Origin: Octopus sinensis | Taxonomy: Eukaryota | Assembly (NCBI RefSeq): GCF_006345805.1 | Contig: NC_042998.1 | Coordinates: 41,664,001 to 41,728,000, forward strand | DNA: 64,000 nucleotides | Reading direction: 5' to 3' | In this document: one piece after another, positions 36,670 through 48,300 of the stretch | Numbering within the stretch: position 1 is the first letter of the stretch | Layout of the letters: every line of letters starts with the position of its first letter | The notes under the pieces: generated by a model | The model's input: only the letters and a program-made list of their open reading frames with translations | What the model was told of the DNA's origin: nothing | Databases searched by the model: none | Translations under genes and position numbers: made by a program

Positions 36670-38164
36670 GCACTGAGTTCCCAAGATAGTAGGAAATATT
36701 TGTGAAGAATATCAGCTATGTATACCTCAAAATATCAAGCCATTTTCTTACGGGACAGAATATTGAATAGAACTGTATATAATGTCATTTTTGAAAATTT
36801 TATTGTGAAATCCTTCAAGATTAAATATTCACCTTGTACTAGATGTTAACATATAGGTTTAATGATATGGTTGCATATTTACTGCCATAGGCAGCTTATA
36901 GTGAGAACTGGTATTCTTGTTCCAGTCACTAACTGTATTTGTTTACAGTTAGGTGAACTGAAATACAAACTGTTGAGCCTCTAGAGGGTTGTGCAACACA
37001 AGGACCATAGTCATCTGTGACTATCTTGGATAGAAATCACAAACTATAAATACCTTTTATCATAAAGTTCAGTGTTTTGTTAAATATTTCTTCAAATGTA
37101 AGCACAATGAGAGAGTGCACATTGTTGGATTTATTTTATTGGTGATTGTAAATATTTTATTTAAATGCATTAAAAAAGAAGAAATTTATGAGCAGTGCAT
37201 TTGATATGTTGCTAAAAGTAGTACTGCTTTTAGCATTATAAACTGCACTGATGATTATTAGAACTATTAAATGATTTTGTAGAAACTGCTCAGTGTGGAT
37301 GTGTGGTTAGGAAGCTTGCTTCTCAACCACATGGTTTCAGGTTCAGTCACACTGCATAGCACCTTGGGCAAGTGTCTTCTGCTATAGCCTTGCTTGTGGT
37401 TGAATTTGGCAAGTGTAAATTCCTATCATGTGTGTGAAAGTGTTTGTGTCTCCTAACAGAGAGGAGGGATTTACAATCACCAGTTAAGTAAATCCCATAA
37501 TAGTACATGTGTTTTATAATCTTTCTCTCTCTTATTATGCATGAGTCAGTTTAAATTAGAATATTCCACCAAACTTTCTTAAATATTAAAAGGTATTTGT
37601 ATACGGTTTGTGATGTCCATCAGTGGAGCCACAGATGACTATGATAATAGTACTGTCCAGCCACATGAAGGCTTCAAGATCTCATATCCTATTGCCAGTG
37701 CTACACTATGTTTGTAACAGATATTTAATTCTTAAAATTTAGTCTATAAGGATACTGTATAACTATGTAATGGATTAATTTGTTTTCTTAATTTTAATTA
37801 TGAAAATTATTGCTTCTGGCAAATGAGTGTGTAACATTTGGAAACCATATTTCTCATTCTTATGAGATATTGCAAAGAAATAAGTTAATCAGTTTAGTTT
37901 ATATACATATATTTACTTTTTTTCTTTTGTGATTGTCAGAATTTTATGTCTTTGATTATTTTTGGATACCTTTGTTTTTTCTACCTATTTTCAGCTGATC
38001 CTATTTTGGATGCTTGGCATGGTGCAAGACAGTGGGCTCTTTCACCATTGGTTCATTCTTGCAGTGTTACCAGAGCTATGTATGAAGAAATGGGTGGTGA
38101 ATATCTAATAGAACATGTTGCATCAAATCGATATTTTCCTACACCAGTTTTAGTTTCAAAATAA
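1349..38164 (+). CDS. ACTR5: Actin-related protein 5 (INO80 subunit), 16 coding exons visible, 5'-incomplete: join(1349-1460,2357-2452,3305-3498,8019-8135,16404-16502,19507-19596,21554-21679,22346-22498,23189-23272,23375-23483,29244-29311,30036-30130,32372-32452,34546-34663,36386-36497,37995-38164)
   Basis: All introns are GT-AG with matching phases and the exons total 1824 nt (607 aa + TAA). Translation matches ARP5 motifs: [100 protein letters not shown]. Confidence 0.96.
1965..2206 (+). mobile_element. RTE 3'-end fragment
   Basis: Matches the reverse complement of 23860-24060 and ends gttaaatgatgatgat. Confidence 0.85.
2357..2452 (+). CDS. ACTR5: ACTR5 exon B ([25 protein letters not shown])
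   Basis: ttccag acceptor, gtattc donor, phase 1 to 1. Confidence 0.95.
3305..3498 (+). CDS. ACTR5: ACTR5 exon C ([15 protein letters not shown]...AITLSRAE)
   Basis: ttattatcag acceptor, gtaagt donor, phase 1 to 0. Confidence 0.95.
3650..4900 (-). mobile_element. Highly degraded LINE (endonuclease-region) relic
   Basis: Only fragmentary motifs are seen (VMAG-DFTLP near 4150-4185), with many stops. Confidence 0.35.
5342..7736 (-). CDS. Unrecognised 199-aa low-complexity (M/Y/Q/S/G/P/N-rich) protein, complement join(7736-7514,5718-5342), nested antisense in the ACTR5 C-D intron
   Basis: Two ORF-track hits join through canonical sites with matching phase 1: CCAG|gtatgt at 7514 and ttatttcttattctag|GT at 5718. 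The ATG is in gaaaaATG context with an in-frame TGA upstream. A further polypyrimidine acceptor at 7803 implies a 5'UTR exon. The GC-richer coding-like sequence stands out in very AT-rich flanks. Confidence 0.82.
8019..8135 (+). CDS. ACTR5: ACTR5 exon D (ELVQHHTH...[11 protein letters not shown])
   Basis: tactacag acceptor, gtaagt donor, 117 nt, phase 0 to 0. Confidence 0.95.
11870..11982. repeat. Compound (TG)/(GC)/(TATG) microsatellite
   Basis: Direct reading. Confidence 0.9.
14430..14740 (-). mobile_element. tRNA-derived SINE (family B)
   Basis: gagtggactggagc...aagtgtcttgctcaaggacacaac core and degenerate A/B boxes; related copies at 30190-30520 and 32963-33107. Confidence 0.7.
14960..15410 (+). 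mobile_element. Degenerate RTE 3'UTR fragment
   Basis: agggtatccagctgtagaaa...gatgttaaataacgatgac tail. Confidence 0.7.
16404..16502 (+). CDS. ACTR5: ACTR5 exon E ([33 protein letters not shown])
   Basis: polyT-ctccag acceptor, gtaaaa donor, 99 nt. Confidence 0.93.
16760..17110 (-). mobile_element. Degenerate RTE 3'-end fragment
   Basis: catcattatcatttaatg...gatgctcttcctaatgccaa motifs. Confidence 0.7.
17419..18218. mobile_element. Solo-LTR-like 800-bp element inserted in (TA)n
   Basis: TGTA...TACA termini with (TA)n on both flanks and no coding motifs. Confidence 0.65.
18539..19349. mobile_element. Non-autonomous DNA transposon/MITE with ~50-bp imperfect TIRs (GGCATAACTA...TAGTTATGCC)
   Basis: The TIRs are directly visible and the 8-bp flanks gggacaca/aggacata match at 6/8. 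Related partial copies lie at 60116-60590 and about 63185-63420. Confidence 0.8.
19507..19596 (+). CDS. ACTR5: ACTR5 exon F ([30 protein letters not shown])
   Basis: tttcag acceptor, gtaagt donor, 90 nt. Confidence 0.92.
20847..21029. mobile_element. 183-bp MITE-like fold-back with perfect 28-bp inverted repeats
   Basis: agtttgctcaatctgacactaaacttgt at 20847-20874 and its reverse complement at 21002-21029. Confidence 0.75.
21554..21679 (+). CDS. ACTR5: ACTR5 exon G ([15 protein letters not shown]...EEPE)
   Basis: ctttcag acceptor, gtattt donor, 126 nt. Confidence 0.9.
22346..22498 (+). CDS. ACTR5: ACTR5 exon H ([32 protein letters not shown])
   Basis: caacag acceptor, gtatgg donor, 153 nt. 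Confidence 0.9.
23189..23272 (+). CDS. ACTR5: ACTR5 exon I ([28 protein letters not shown])
   Basis: ttttcaag acceptor, gtaaag donor, 84 nt. Confidence 0.9.
23375..23483 (+). CDS. ACTR5: ACTR5 exon J ([28 protein letters not shown])
   Basis: atttag acceptor after a 102-nt intron, gtaggt donor, phase 0 to 1. Confidence 0.9.
24065..24350 (-). repeat. ~67-bp tandem array (4 units plus a partial) in the RTE 3'UTR
   Basis: cggccac recurs at 24065, 24132, 24199 and 24265. Confidence 0.9.
24468..27605 (-). pseudogene. RTE ORF (1045 codons) interrupted by in-frame TGA (26144-26142) and TAA (24821-24819)
   Basis: The three ORF-track pieces lie in one frame, separated by 36 and 6 nt. Confidence 0.92.
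29244..29311 (+). CDS. ACTR5: ACTR5 exon K ([20 protein letters not shown])
   Basis: ctttcag acceptor, gtgagt donor, phase 1 to 0. Confidence 0.93.
30036..30130 (+). CDS. ACTR5: ACTR5 exon L ([30 protein letters not shown])
   Basis: polyT-tag acceptor, gtaagt donor, phase 0 to 2. Confidence 0.93.
32372..32452 (+). CDS. ACTR5: ACTR5 exon M ([18 protein letters not shown])
   Basis: ttattattag acceptor, gttagt donor, phase 2 to 2. Confidence 0.92.
32635..32940 (-). mobile_element. BovB-type RTE 3' end
   Basis: [35 protein letters not shown]...[10 protein letters not shown] followed by an (ATAG)n tail. Confidence 0.85.
33855..34225 (-). mobile_element. RTE 3'-end fragment
   Basis: Tail, 3'UTR and C-terminal motifs match 23860-24620. 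Confidence 0.75.
34546..34663 (+). CDS. ACTR5: ACTR5 exon N ([22 protein letters not shown]...ALVQ)
   Basis: tttcag acceptor, gtaagt donor, phase 2 to 0. Confidence 0.95.
35893..36125 (-). mobile_element. RTE 3'-end fragment
   Basis: atcatcatcatcgtttaatgtccgtt... Confidence 0.85.
36386..36497 (+). CDS. ACTR5: ACTR5 exon O ([11 protein letters not shown]...[12 protein letters not shown])
   Basis: ttttcag acceptor, gtaaaa donor, phase 0 to 1. Confidence 0.95.
36619..36663. repeat. (CA)n microsatellite
   Basis: Direct reading. Confidence 0.97.
37995..38164 (+). CDS. ACTR5: ACTR5 terminal exon P ([14 protein letters not shown]...[10 protein letters not shown])
   Basis: ttttcag acceptor, TAA at 38162-38164. 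Confidence 0.95.
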
Positions 38165-38399
38165 ATTGGCTTCACATTTAAATGTTTCTTTAATTTCTTT
38201 TTCCTGTTCATTTACTATTTTGTATCTTTTTCCTGTTCATTTACTATTTTGTATCCTAAGGTAGCAGTACATACTTCTTCACGAGGAGTTTTTGCCATGA
38301 CTATCTTATAATTACAGAGAGTTGACTGCTATTTATAATAAATTGAGGGACTGCGTTGGGCTTTCCTACATTGGTAGTGATGGTATTGGTAATAGTGAA

Positions 38400-38725
38400 G
38401 GTAAGTGACAGTAATGCAAGCATGACATTCATCAGGTCCATAGCTTACACTGGGTACATCTTATAGAGTTTCTACCTATGCCTTTTCTACAGATTGGACA
38501 GAGCCATCTACCTGAAGGGATTTGTGGTTTGTCTGCCTTCCTACTTATTAGGACTTTGGTTTTAGGTAGGTTGACTCTAAGGCCCTTCGATTCTTATCCT
38601 TGCTTCCACACCTAAAACTTCTCTAGTTCTGATAGTGACTCAGCAGTGAGGGACTCCCAGGAGCATCCTGTCTTGAATTCCTCTGTTATTGCCTGGAGGA
38701 CTACGATAAATAGGAGGGGGCTGAG
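38400..38725 (-). mobile_element. RTE RT-region fragment downstream of the ACTR5 stop
   Basis: Similar to 25200-25520, e.g. cccaggagcatcctgtcttgaattcctctgttattgcctggaggactac. Confidence 0.85.
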
Positions 38726-39308
38726 GATTGAACCTTGGTGGGAACTATTTGGGTGTGATGGCTCAGATCTCTCTAAATTTAGCTGCTTTGTTAATCTTAC
38801 AAGTTTTAGCTGCTTTGTTAATCTTACAAATAATCCTCATGCTTGTCAATATATATAGGTGAAGAGTATTTATCACAAAAGAGTAGCATAAATAAGTAGA
38901 CATATTGGCTATTGTAAAGGGGTGATACTGTAAGAGCTTTCTAAGTTGATTGGCAGCAAGGAAAAAAATTAGTGCATACATTAAGACATTCATGAATGCA
39001 AAAGGAAGATAAAATAAGAGCTTCTGATGTATCACTTGCAATCAATTATAGGATTTACTGTCATACTACATGTTGATAATAAATATAACACTTCAATATA
39101 TTTTATTTGTCGCTATTGTATAAAAGATATATAACATACTCTTACAAATTGTTCCCCTCCATACTAAAATAACAGCTTTGTTTGAAAAAGGAATTACTCT
39201 TTAAAGGAAAATGATTTTATACTGGATTTGTTAGTGTTCTTTACAGCTTAAATATTAACTCTTTACTTTCCTTGCAAAATGACCAAACCATTCAACATCT
39301 TTCTGTAT

Positions 39309-39397
39309 TCAGTATTTTATGATTCCCTCATTAATTAGTTGGTTTCTTATATCATAAGTATTGTTGCCTAATGTTTTCCCAAAAGAATCTCGTAAAC
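39309..39397 (-). CDS. FAM166B: FAM166-like terminal exon (GLRDSFGKTLGNNTYDIRNQLINEGIIKY*)
   Basis: ttcatttgtag acceptor, TGA at 39311-39309. Confidence 0.85.
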
Positions 39398-42300
39398 CTA
39401 CAAATGAAGAAAGAAAATGTATACTAGATGCATAAAGGGATATACTTCAAGAAAAATGATTGCAGAAAAGCTACAATGCAAAGAATATGTGATAAGTAGT
39501 CTCAAAGAATTGAAAAATTGTTGGAAACAAGATTCTATGAAAAACTTTTTATATTGTTAAATATCAAGAATCTTCTACATTTTCATAGCACTTAAATGTT
39601 CTCTCTGATCTCCTGGACAATGCTTCAGTTTTATAGCATTAGGTAGATGACACATTTTCTCTTGGAGAAGGTACTGGACTATCTTGGACTATCTCTGTTA
39701 ACTATGAAACATAAACAAACCAACATCAGTTGTCAAGTTGTGGTGGGACACATACATATATATATATACATACAAAAAGCTTCTTTCAGTTTCAGTCAAC
39801 CAAATCCACCCACAAGGCTCTGGTCAGACCAAGTCTACAGTAGACTGAGGGACTGAACCCAAAGCCATGTGGTTGGGAAGCAAACTTCTTACCACACAGC
39901 CATGTCTATGCTTATGTTGACATTACTGTAAAACTTTACCTGGAATATGTCCTGTATACATTGGTACAATGGAACTTTTTTCTGGATAAATATATGTGTC
40001 TGCAAGGCCTTTCTTACATTCACTTGCAGCTGCAGTTGTAGGTTTCATTTCTCTTCTTTCCATTTCATCAGTAAATTGGCACAAAGCTTGATGTGTCAGC
40101 TCTGGATATACCCTTCCTATCAATGGTCGATAACGAGGTACAAATCCGGCATATCCTGAAATTAGAAGTTAATTCAGTTTTAGCTTTTACTGAATTGTAA
40201 ACCAGTTCTATGACTTTACTGTGAATGGTATCAAGAAAGCAAAATTATTGCATGATTCACAATCTTTACCTAGTTATCTGAATTTAAGGTAGATGTATTG
40301 ACAACCTTAACTTACAAAATAATTCATAAACATACATTTTAGTACAATTCCCATTCTCTTTCAAATATTTTAAAGAAAAATCTTTAGTTATGGAATGTTA
40401 AGTAAATATTCAACTCTAAATAATATTACATTACCAGGTATATGATATTTCTGTGGATCAATATTATCTCTCTGTAAAACTGATATATGTGGTCTGGTTT
40501 GAGTCTTAGAGTAAAAAGGAAGAAAGTCAGGTGCGGTCTGTGTCATACTTAGGGTGGGAACTTCTGGGAGTTTCTAAAAATATAAGAAAGTAGTAGATTT
40601 GAATTTAATTGAGAAAAAATATATAATTGTATAAGCAACAATTTTTTGAAAAGATTTGTATGACAGCGGAAATTGTTATATCTGTTTGGTGGTATCTACA
40701 TTCTAAGTACTTTAAATTAAAAGATGTGATTTTTCATCAATCAATACTTGTGACTGCAGAGTAATTTTGATGCTGCTTTTTGTCACCAATCATCAGCATG
40801 GCTGCAGTCAAATGACCAAAACAAGTAAAAAAAAAAAAAAATACTGATGATGATCATCATCATCGTTTAACGTCCATTTTCCATGCTGGCATGGGTTGGC
40901 TCTGTAGTCAGAGCCCATGTTTCACTGGCATGTAGCATAGCTGTACATACACAAACATCATACAATCTGCCTTCCTCTCTTAGTTACTAACAAATGTAGA
41001 AGCTCTCTGAACTTTATCCAGCCCGTTCTTATTCAGGCAACTACACTTTCAGAACTTCCTCCTCCACTGCTAACTCGATCTCCTAGGTAATATAAGTTAT
41101 TTGCTACTTCTAATGATCCCACCCCCTGCACTTGAAGGAGTCTACTGTCTCTGTATTTTTAGTGCAGGAGATGTCTAGACTACAATTGTCTGTTGTGGCA
41201 TGGTTTCTACAGCTAGATATCCTTGCTGATGTCAAGCACTTTTCAGAGTGTGCTGGGTGTTTTTTTAAGTGCTACTAGCATGGGAGCATTTATGCAGCAC
41301 TGGCACCTGTTAAGGACAAGCCTAAATGTATAGATGGCAGTGATTTTTCTTGACTTGACATGTCTTCTCAAGTACAGCAAATCGTCGCAACTCCTGGTTG
41401 CTTGTCATTTACTCAATGAGACACAGTGCCTGGAGATCCTTTCTCAACACTGTCCTTTGACTTCCTAGGTCTACCTCTTCCACAAGTTCCCTCCACAATT
41501 AGAGCTTGGTACTTCTTTACACAGGTTGTCCTTATCCATACACATCACATGACCAAACCAGTGCAGTCTTCTCTCTTGCACACTAATGCCTTTTATACCC
41601 AGTTTTTCTCTTAAATCACCTACCCTGCCATGTGTGCACACTGACATTACCCATCCATTGAAGCATGGTAGCTTCATTTCTTTCAAGCCTTCACAAGTCC
41701 TCTGTAGTCAGAGCCCATGTTTCACTGCCATGTAGCATAGTTGTACATACACAAACATCATACAATCTGCCTTCCTCTCTGAGGGAGGGGCTCTTAGTTA
41801 CTAACAAATGTAGAAGCTCTCTGAACTTTATCCAGCCCATTCTTATTCAGGCAACTACACTTTCAGAACTTCCTCCTCCATTGCTAACTTGATCTCCTAG
41901 GTAATATAAGTTATTTACTACTTCTAATGACCCAATGCACTTGAAAGAGTCTACTGTCTCTGCATTTTTAGTGCTTATTGTACCCACACATTTACCACAC
42001 ACAAAGACTACTTTCTCCATTAATCACACACAAAAACTGATATTTAAAAGAATTAGGGAAAAGTGTAAATGAATTGTGACAAGAACCATTACTGAAATAA
42101 GATGTTGAATTATGATCTCATTTGTTACTTAAATGTGGACCTAGTCTTAATTCTTTAACTGAAATTTTACAAAGCTTAAATTTATTTGATATATGTAAAT
42201 CACCATGTGGAAAAGTTTTCACTCTGCAATTTGTAAGTTTTGCTCATTTATCTGGAAAGGAAGGATTGTACAAAAATATACATTTACTGGATAAAAATTG

Positions 42301-45300
42301 AGATGGTGGACTGGAGTTGGTAACAGAAGATAGAATGGGATGTACATAGAGATTCTAGGAACTGAATAGTATGCTAATAGAAAAAAAAAAAAGAATGGTC
42401 AAAACTGGAAAGCTTTTTAACCATTGGTTTGTTCAGCTGACTGATTTGGGGTGAAGTAACAACTACAACACAGACAAAAATATCCTGGGTATAGTCTGCC
42501 ATGAAAGGATCCAAGTCATAGTGTGATATGTTGTTGACAGCAATTGCATATTCATATCACAGGCAGAAAAAAAACAAAAACAAGAATGGATGATGTTGTT
42601 CTCAGTGCACTGTGCTCTGACTGGGGAAAGAGACACGATGGTCACAGCTAGAGTTCTTTTCATCTAATGTCCAGTTGGAGATGATGACATTGCATCAGTA
42701 GTGTCATCATCATCGTTTAACGTCCGCTTTCCATACTAGCATGGGTCAGATGATTTGACTGAGGACTGGCGAACCAGATGGCTGCCCCAAGCTCCAATCT
42801 GATCTAGCAGAGTTTCTACAGCTGGATGCCCTTCCTTACGCCAACCACTCCGAGAGTGTAGTGAGTGCTTTTACGTGCCACCAGCACGAGGGCCAGTCAG
42901 GTGGTACTGGCAATGGCCACACTCAAATGGTGTTTTTTACATGCCACCTACACAGGAGCCAGTCCAGCGGCACTGGCAACGATCTTGCTCGAGTAATCTT
43001 TTCACGTGCCAGTAAGGTGATGCTGGTAATGACTATGCTCGAATGGTGCTTTTTATGTGCCACCTGCATAGAAGCCAGTCAGCTGCTCTAGCAACAATCA
43101 TGCTCGGATGATGCTCTTAGCACTCCACTAGCATGGACACCAGTCATGTGGGGCAGTCATTGAATTTGATTTCATTTTCACTTGCCTCAACAGGTCTTTG
43201 CAAGGTGTGTTTAGTGTCCAATGAGGGAAAGGTATGCATAAGTGGGCTGGTTACACCCCTGGCATAGGTCACAGGTTATAGTCTCACTTGGCTTGCCAGG
43301 TCTTCTCAAGCACAGCATATTTCCAAAGGTCTCAGTCACTAGTCATTGCCTCGGTGAGGCCTAATGTTTGAAGGTTGTGCTTCAACACCTCATCTCAGGT
43401 CTTCCTGGGTCTACCTCTTCCACAGATTCCCTCACAGGGTGTGACACTTTATCACACAGCTATCCTCACCCATTCTCACTACATGACCATACCAGCGCAG
43501 TCGTCTCTCTTGCATATTACATAATATTTCTTACTGAATATAACCAAACCCAAGAAAATCTAAAGGTTCTATTAAGATGATTTAGTGACAATATAACACT
43601 AAAGACAATTGCTATGTGTAAGAGAGAGAATCTGAACAAGTAAGGTCACATATAAACTATGACAAGTAAATACATAATGTCAATGAATAATCAAATCAAA
43701 ATAAAAATCAACAATAAGTTTGTAGAAATACAATATTAGGGTTCACCACACAATGTGAGAGACAGACATTATACTGACTGATACCAAGTAAGATGTGACT
43801 ATATATACAATACTATGTAATTTATATAGATAAATGTTAGTTCATAGATATGTGAGGTCTCTACATCGTAGCTAAATGTATCCAGAAATAGCAGTGAAAT
43901 TTCCCTTGAATCAAACCCTTCAGTCATTTTATATACATGTGTATACGTTATTCAGAGAGTGAGATTGGTCCTGTGTAAGATCTTTCCTCGCTTTCAAAAG
44001 CCTCAGGCACAGACATTGCTAGATTTTTAATATCTCATATGTTGTGTACTAAGGCTGGCCATAGCCAAAAAATGCAAAACGCTGAATGAAAAATCCCATG
44101 ATGGAAGGAAGGCATGTCTCAGCTGCTCCTGTGTAAAAGAGTCTAATCTCTGACAGGACTGAAATGCTATATCCATGTTTCCCATGTTTAAGAGAACAAT
44201 CAAAATTGAGTTGAAGCCATCATATCATATGTATGTGTGAAGCAATGAATGAAACCTCTATAAAATAGTTAGACATGTTAGAAATATATTATTTTGATAC
44301 AACAACCAACCATCACTGGGTTCCTCTGCTAACTAATTATAAACTACAGCTCAGGCATACAACAGAAATAATAAAGTATGGAATATGAAAATTACCAGAA
44401 AACCAGAATGACACTTTACATCACAAACTTGTGAGCTTGGTTCAAAACCCAGTTGTTGCCTTCTCAAATTATTCTTTATTTGGTTATATTCAAATTCTGT
44501 CAGACTGTCTCGCCAAATATTTCGAAAGGTTTGCCCGTGATAATTTTGAAGACAAGGAATACAGCCTAAAATGGAACAATAAAGAGTTTAGTCATAAAAT
44601 TTGTTTGACTTTTGACAATATTAGTTTTTTATTCTCAACACTGTTGTACTCAATATTTGTGACAGACAGGAAAACATGAGTTATTAAATAACTCTTTTGC
44701 ATTTTCTTGTCTATCACAAATACTACTGCTACTGTATGATATTATTGTTTAGCTCATGGCCAGGCCTGATAGAGCAGGCCTATGATGGAAGGCATTCCAG
44801 CTGTTTCTTTTATTATGATATAGTGTGTCTATGACTACATTATCATACTATTTTTTAAATGAGACAGTTATCTTTGGGAAAGATTTAACTGGTACTTCTT
44901 GCAACTATATAGATTTTTCATTTGTTGGTTCAATGTGAACTTGCTGAATGACCTGTAAATAAGCTGGAAACCTCAGGTGTTCTCAGACCCTACACTGCTG
45001 ATTTCCTCTGCAAAATCAGGATAACTGTGGCCTGTCTAAGAAATTAACTCTGTGAGGTGGCTATTTTAATGAGACAGTTATTAGTTTTTGCCCAACAAGA
45101 GTTATGACTTAAGGAAATATGGCAAGAAAATTCTGACAATCAAGAGTAGTAATTAGAAGGGCTAGGAGAAGCTCAGAGAACTGTTGCCTCTTTTAGCATC
45201 AAAAAGTTTCTATATTGTGCAAAAGGCAAACAGTATGAAACCTGTGTAAGAAGAATGAAACAACTTAATAATGAACATGGACATTGAATGCAAATGTTCT

Positions 45301-48300
45301 GTGAGTGGCTGCACAGAAATAAGACAAACTACAAGAAATACAATGCACATATGAACTGAGATAACAGATGACCATTAACCAAAGTATACAGGAATGACGA
45401 CTATACTAAAATTGACATGTAGTTGCATATCTATGAATGCTGAGTGTAAAACAAATGTGTGACACCAGATGAGGGTACCAAAATAAGAAGAAGGGAAAGA
45501 AAGTAATGGCCAGATCACAGGATCCTGGACCTCATAGATAAGATGGTGGAAACCTTAGATGATTGATGATGATGTGGTTTAAATACAGTTATATAAAGCT
45601 GATGTAATTAAGAAAATTTATTATTATTTAGAAGAAGAGAACAATTAAAAAAATATTGATATGTTGTATGCCAGCATAGAAAGGTAAACATCAAGACAAA
45701 TTATGATATCAATGACATACAGAGAACGAAGAAAGAATAGCTTTTGTAGGTACTGGAACAAGAAGCTGCAAATGTTATGTTTTCTGGTAAGACATTTGCA
45801 AAAGGAAGTATATGGCCCCAAAAAAACCACACACTATTGTGACCTAAAAGCTTCTGAAAAGGGATAGTCTTCTATAACATAATGCTAATTTGGAAATATC
45901 TGTTTGTCAAATGTGAGGAAATTAAAAGTAGAATCAATAATCATCATAAATTTATTGGGTGTTTATAGTTCCTCTTCACCATAATATTTGAAGCCATCAT
46001 GAACTTTTTCAGTTTCAGCACTTTACTTGTAATGGAAGCTTATGTAATGTTTATGACAAGATTTTAAAAGAGGAACGTTATATATGAAGCAAAGAGTAGA
46101 TAAACAAAACAAAAAATTGGTTGCTGTTAACTTTAAAGAGATCACAAGTTATTTTCAGATTCATTCTTCACCAATTGTCATGTTATTGAAAAAAACAATA
46201 AAAGGTGATATCTTTCTCCATATGATCCTGAAAAGTCTAACAGGCCAGTTCTAGCACATCAGATATTGTGTACCTGCCAGTTCTAGCAAACCTGTTCTAG
46301 TGTGTCCTGAACTAAGTATTAGTTTTACATAATTTGTTTAGTGAGGCGAAAAGATGTTCAGACAATTAAATGATAACTTTAGCAAACTATACTCCAAAAC
46401 CTTTAACTATGAGAATTCAATTAAGAACTATTTATCAATAAGAGACTAAGCTCATTAATTCTTTTCAAATCTTGATACTTTGAATGAACATAACATTAAG
46501 ACATAAATATTTCATATGTTTTTTTTTTTTATGAACAATAAACAAATTTTCAAGCGGGAATACAAAACTGAATCTAACTTTTGATCATTATGCACCCCTG
46601 CCATTCTGATTTTATTAAGATGACATTTTTTATTATATAGAATAAAGAAAATTTCTAAAATATCACAAAACTTATAACATGAACAAATAAACAAGAAAAT
46701 GGAGCAGGGAGAAACAAATTTTATATATATACCTGTATAACCAGAGATCATATTTTCTTGAAATATGTTTCCTGGAGAATTTCGTCTCTTTTCCAAAATT
46801 TGGTCATTGTTATTTTGAAGTCTTTCTTCAAAAGTTGGATATTTCCGTCTCAACAAAGATTTCTCTGTATTTGTAAGGTAAGGATTAATATCATCATCTT
46901 TCAATGTTTTCTCTGTTGCATGCCCAAAAGTTTTTCCTATAGTAAACTTTAATTGTGGACAAAATCCAGTATATCTAAATTCAAAAAGTAAAACAAGTAA
47001 TATGTAATTAGGAAAAAACAAGAAAAAAAGATTTAATCTGAAAAATTAATTTTATATTTTTCACAAATATGTTATTTCTAACAGAATCTACCTACTTTCA
47101 TCAAAATTACTTTATAACCAATATTCATTGAACAAATTAGTTCATCATCATACCAGCAAAATATTCTACTTATGAAGGACAAACTTACAATTTCTTATAT
47201 TATAGTCATTACAGGATAGGACATGCAAGGTGGGCCAAATTCATTGTGTGTGTGTGGGGGGGGGATTTGCCCGGGCCCTGCTACAAAGGATATTTAGCAC
47301 TCAATACAGGGAGGCCTCACCTCTCAGCAATCTGACAGGAAGAGGCTCCCTTTCAATGTTCAAAGGCATCTTGACTTCTTAAAAAACTTAATGGATTCTC
47401 CCTTATGGTAAATAATTATAGATTTTGCCACTTTAGTGACACCAATTTATTCAATTAAAAAGCTGCTTTGGAGACAACTACAGAGAAAAAGAACACTCCT
47501 CAGAGGACATGCAAAAGCTTGAAAGAAATGAAGTTAGTCTGCTTCACTGGATGTGCAGTGTCAGTATACAGGAGCAACAGAACATGTCTTGAGAGTAGAA
47601 CTGGGCATAAGAGGCATCAAATGTGGTGTGCAAGAGAGATGACTGCCCTGCTGTGGTCATGTGAGGTATATGGACGAGGACAGCTGTGTCAAGAAATGCT
47701 GATCTCAAACTGTGAAGCAAACCTATGGAAGAGATAGACTCAGAAGACATTGGATGAGGTGGTGAAACATGATCTTTGAGTGTTGAATCTCATGGAGGTT
47801 GTGACTGTTGCCAGTGTCATGTAAATAGCATCCGTGAAATCTTAGCTGTGGCCTTAACTAGTGTCATGTAAATAGCACCTGCGCCAGTGGCATGTAAAAA
47901 GCACCCATTACACTCCCAAAGTGGTTGGCATTAGGCAGGGAATCCAGCCATAGAAACCATACCAAATCATACTGGAACTTGGTACAGCTCTCTGGCTTAC
48001 CAGCTCCAGTCACACCATCTAGCCCATGCCAATATAGAAAGTGGACATTAAATAATGATGATAATGACAAAGAAGCAAACAAAATATATTCAATGCATAA
48101 AAATAGTTTATAGTAAAAAGAAATGTTTTAATTTTATGCATATATTGATTTAATAAATTGAAAGCAAATTTTGATTTTAAAGTAAATCAACTATTTCTAG
48201 TTTAAATACAGTATCATTATAAAATCATTGTAAAATTTTTAATTTGAATAGCTTGAATTTTATGTGTGGTAGAACTGATCTGTGAAAAGGATAAATAAAA

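Noticed and set aside
42463-42663. Candidate missing FAM166-like exon
   Set aside because: It has no suitable AG acceptor or family motif, and the 40573-40435 exon satisfies both phase and motif.
46512-47021. 169-aa ORF as a standalone gene
   Set aside because: Only 46974-46733 is exonic, and the hydrophobic ends are intron read-through. The same applies to the ORF-track extensions of ACTR5 exons.
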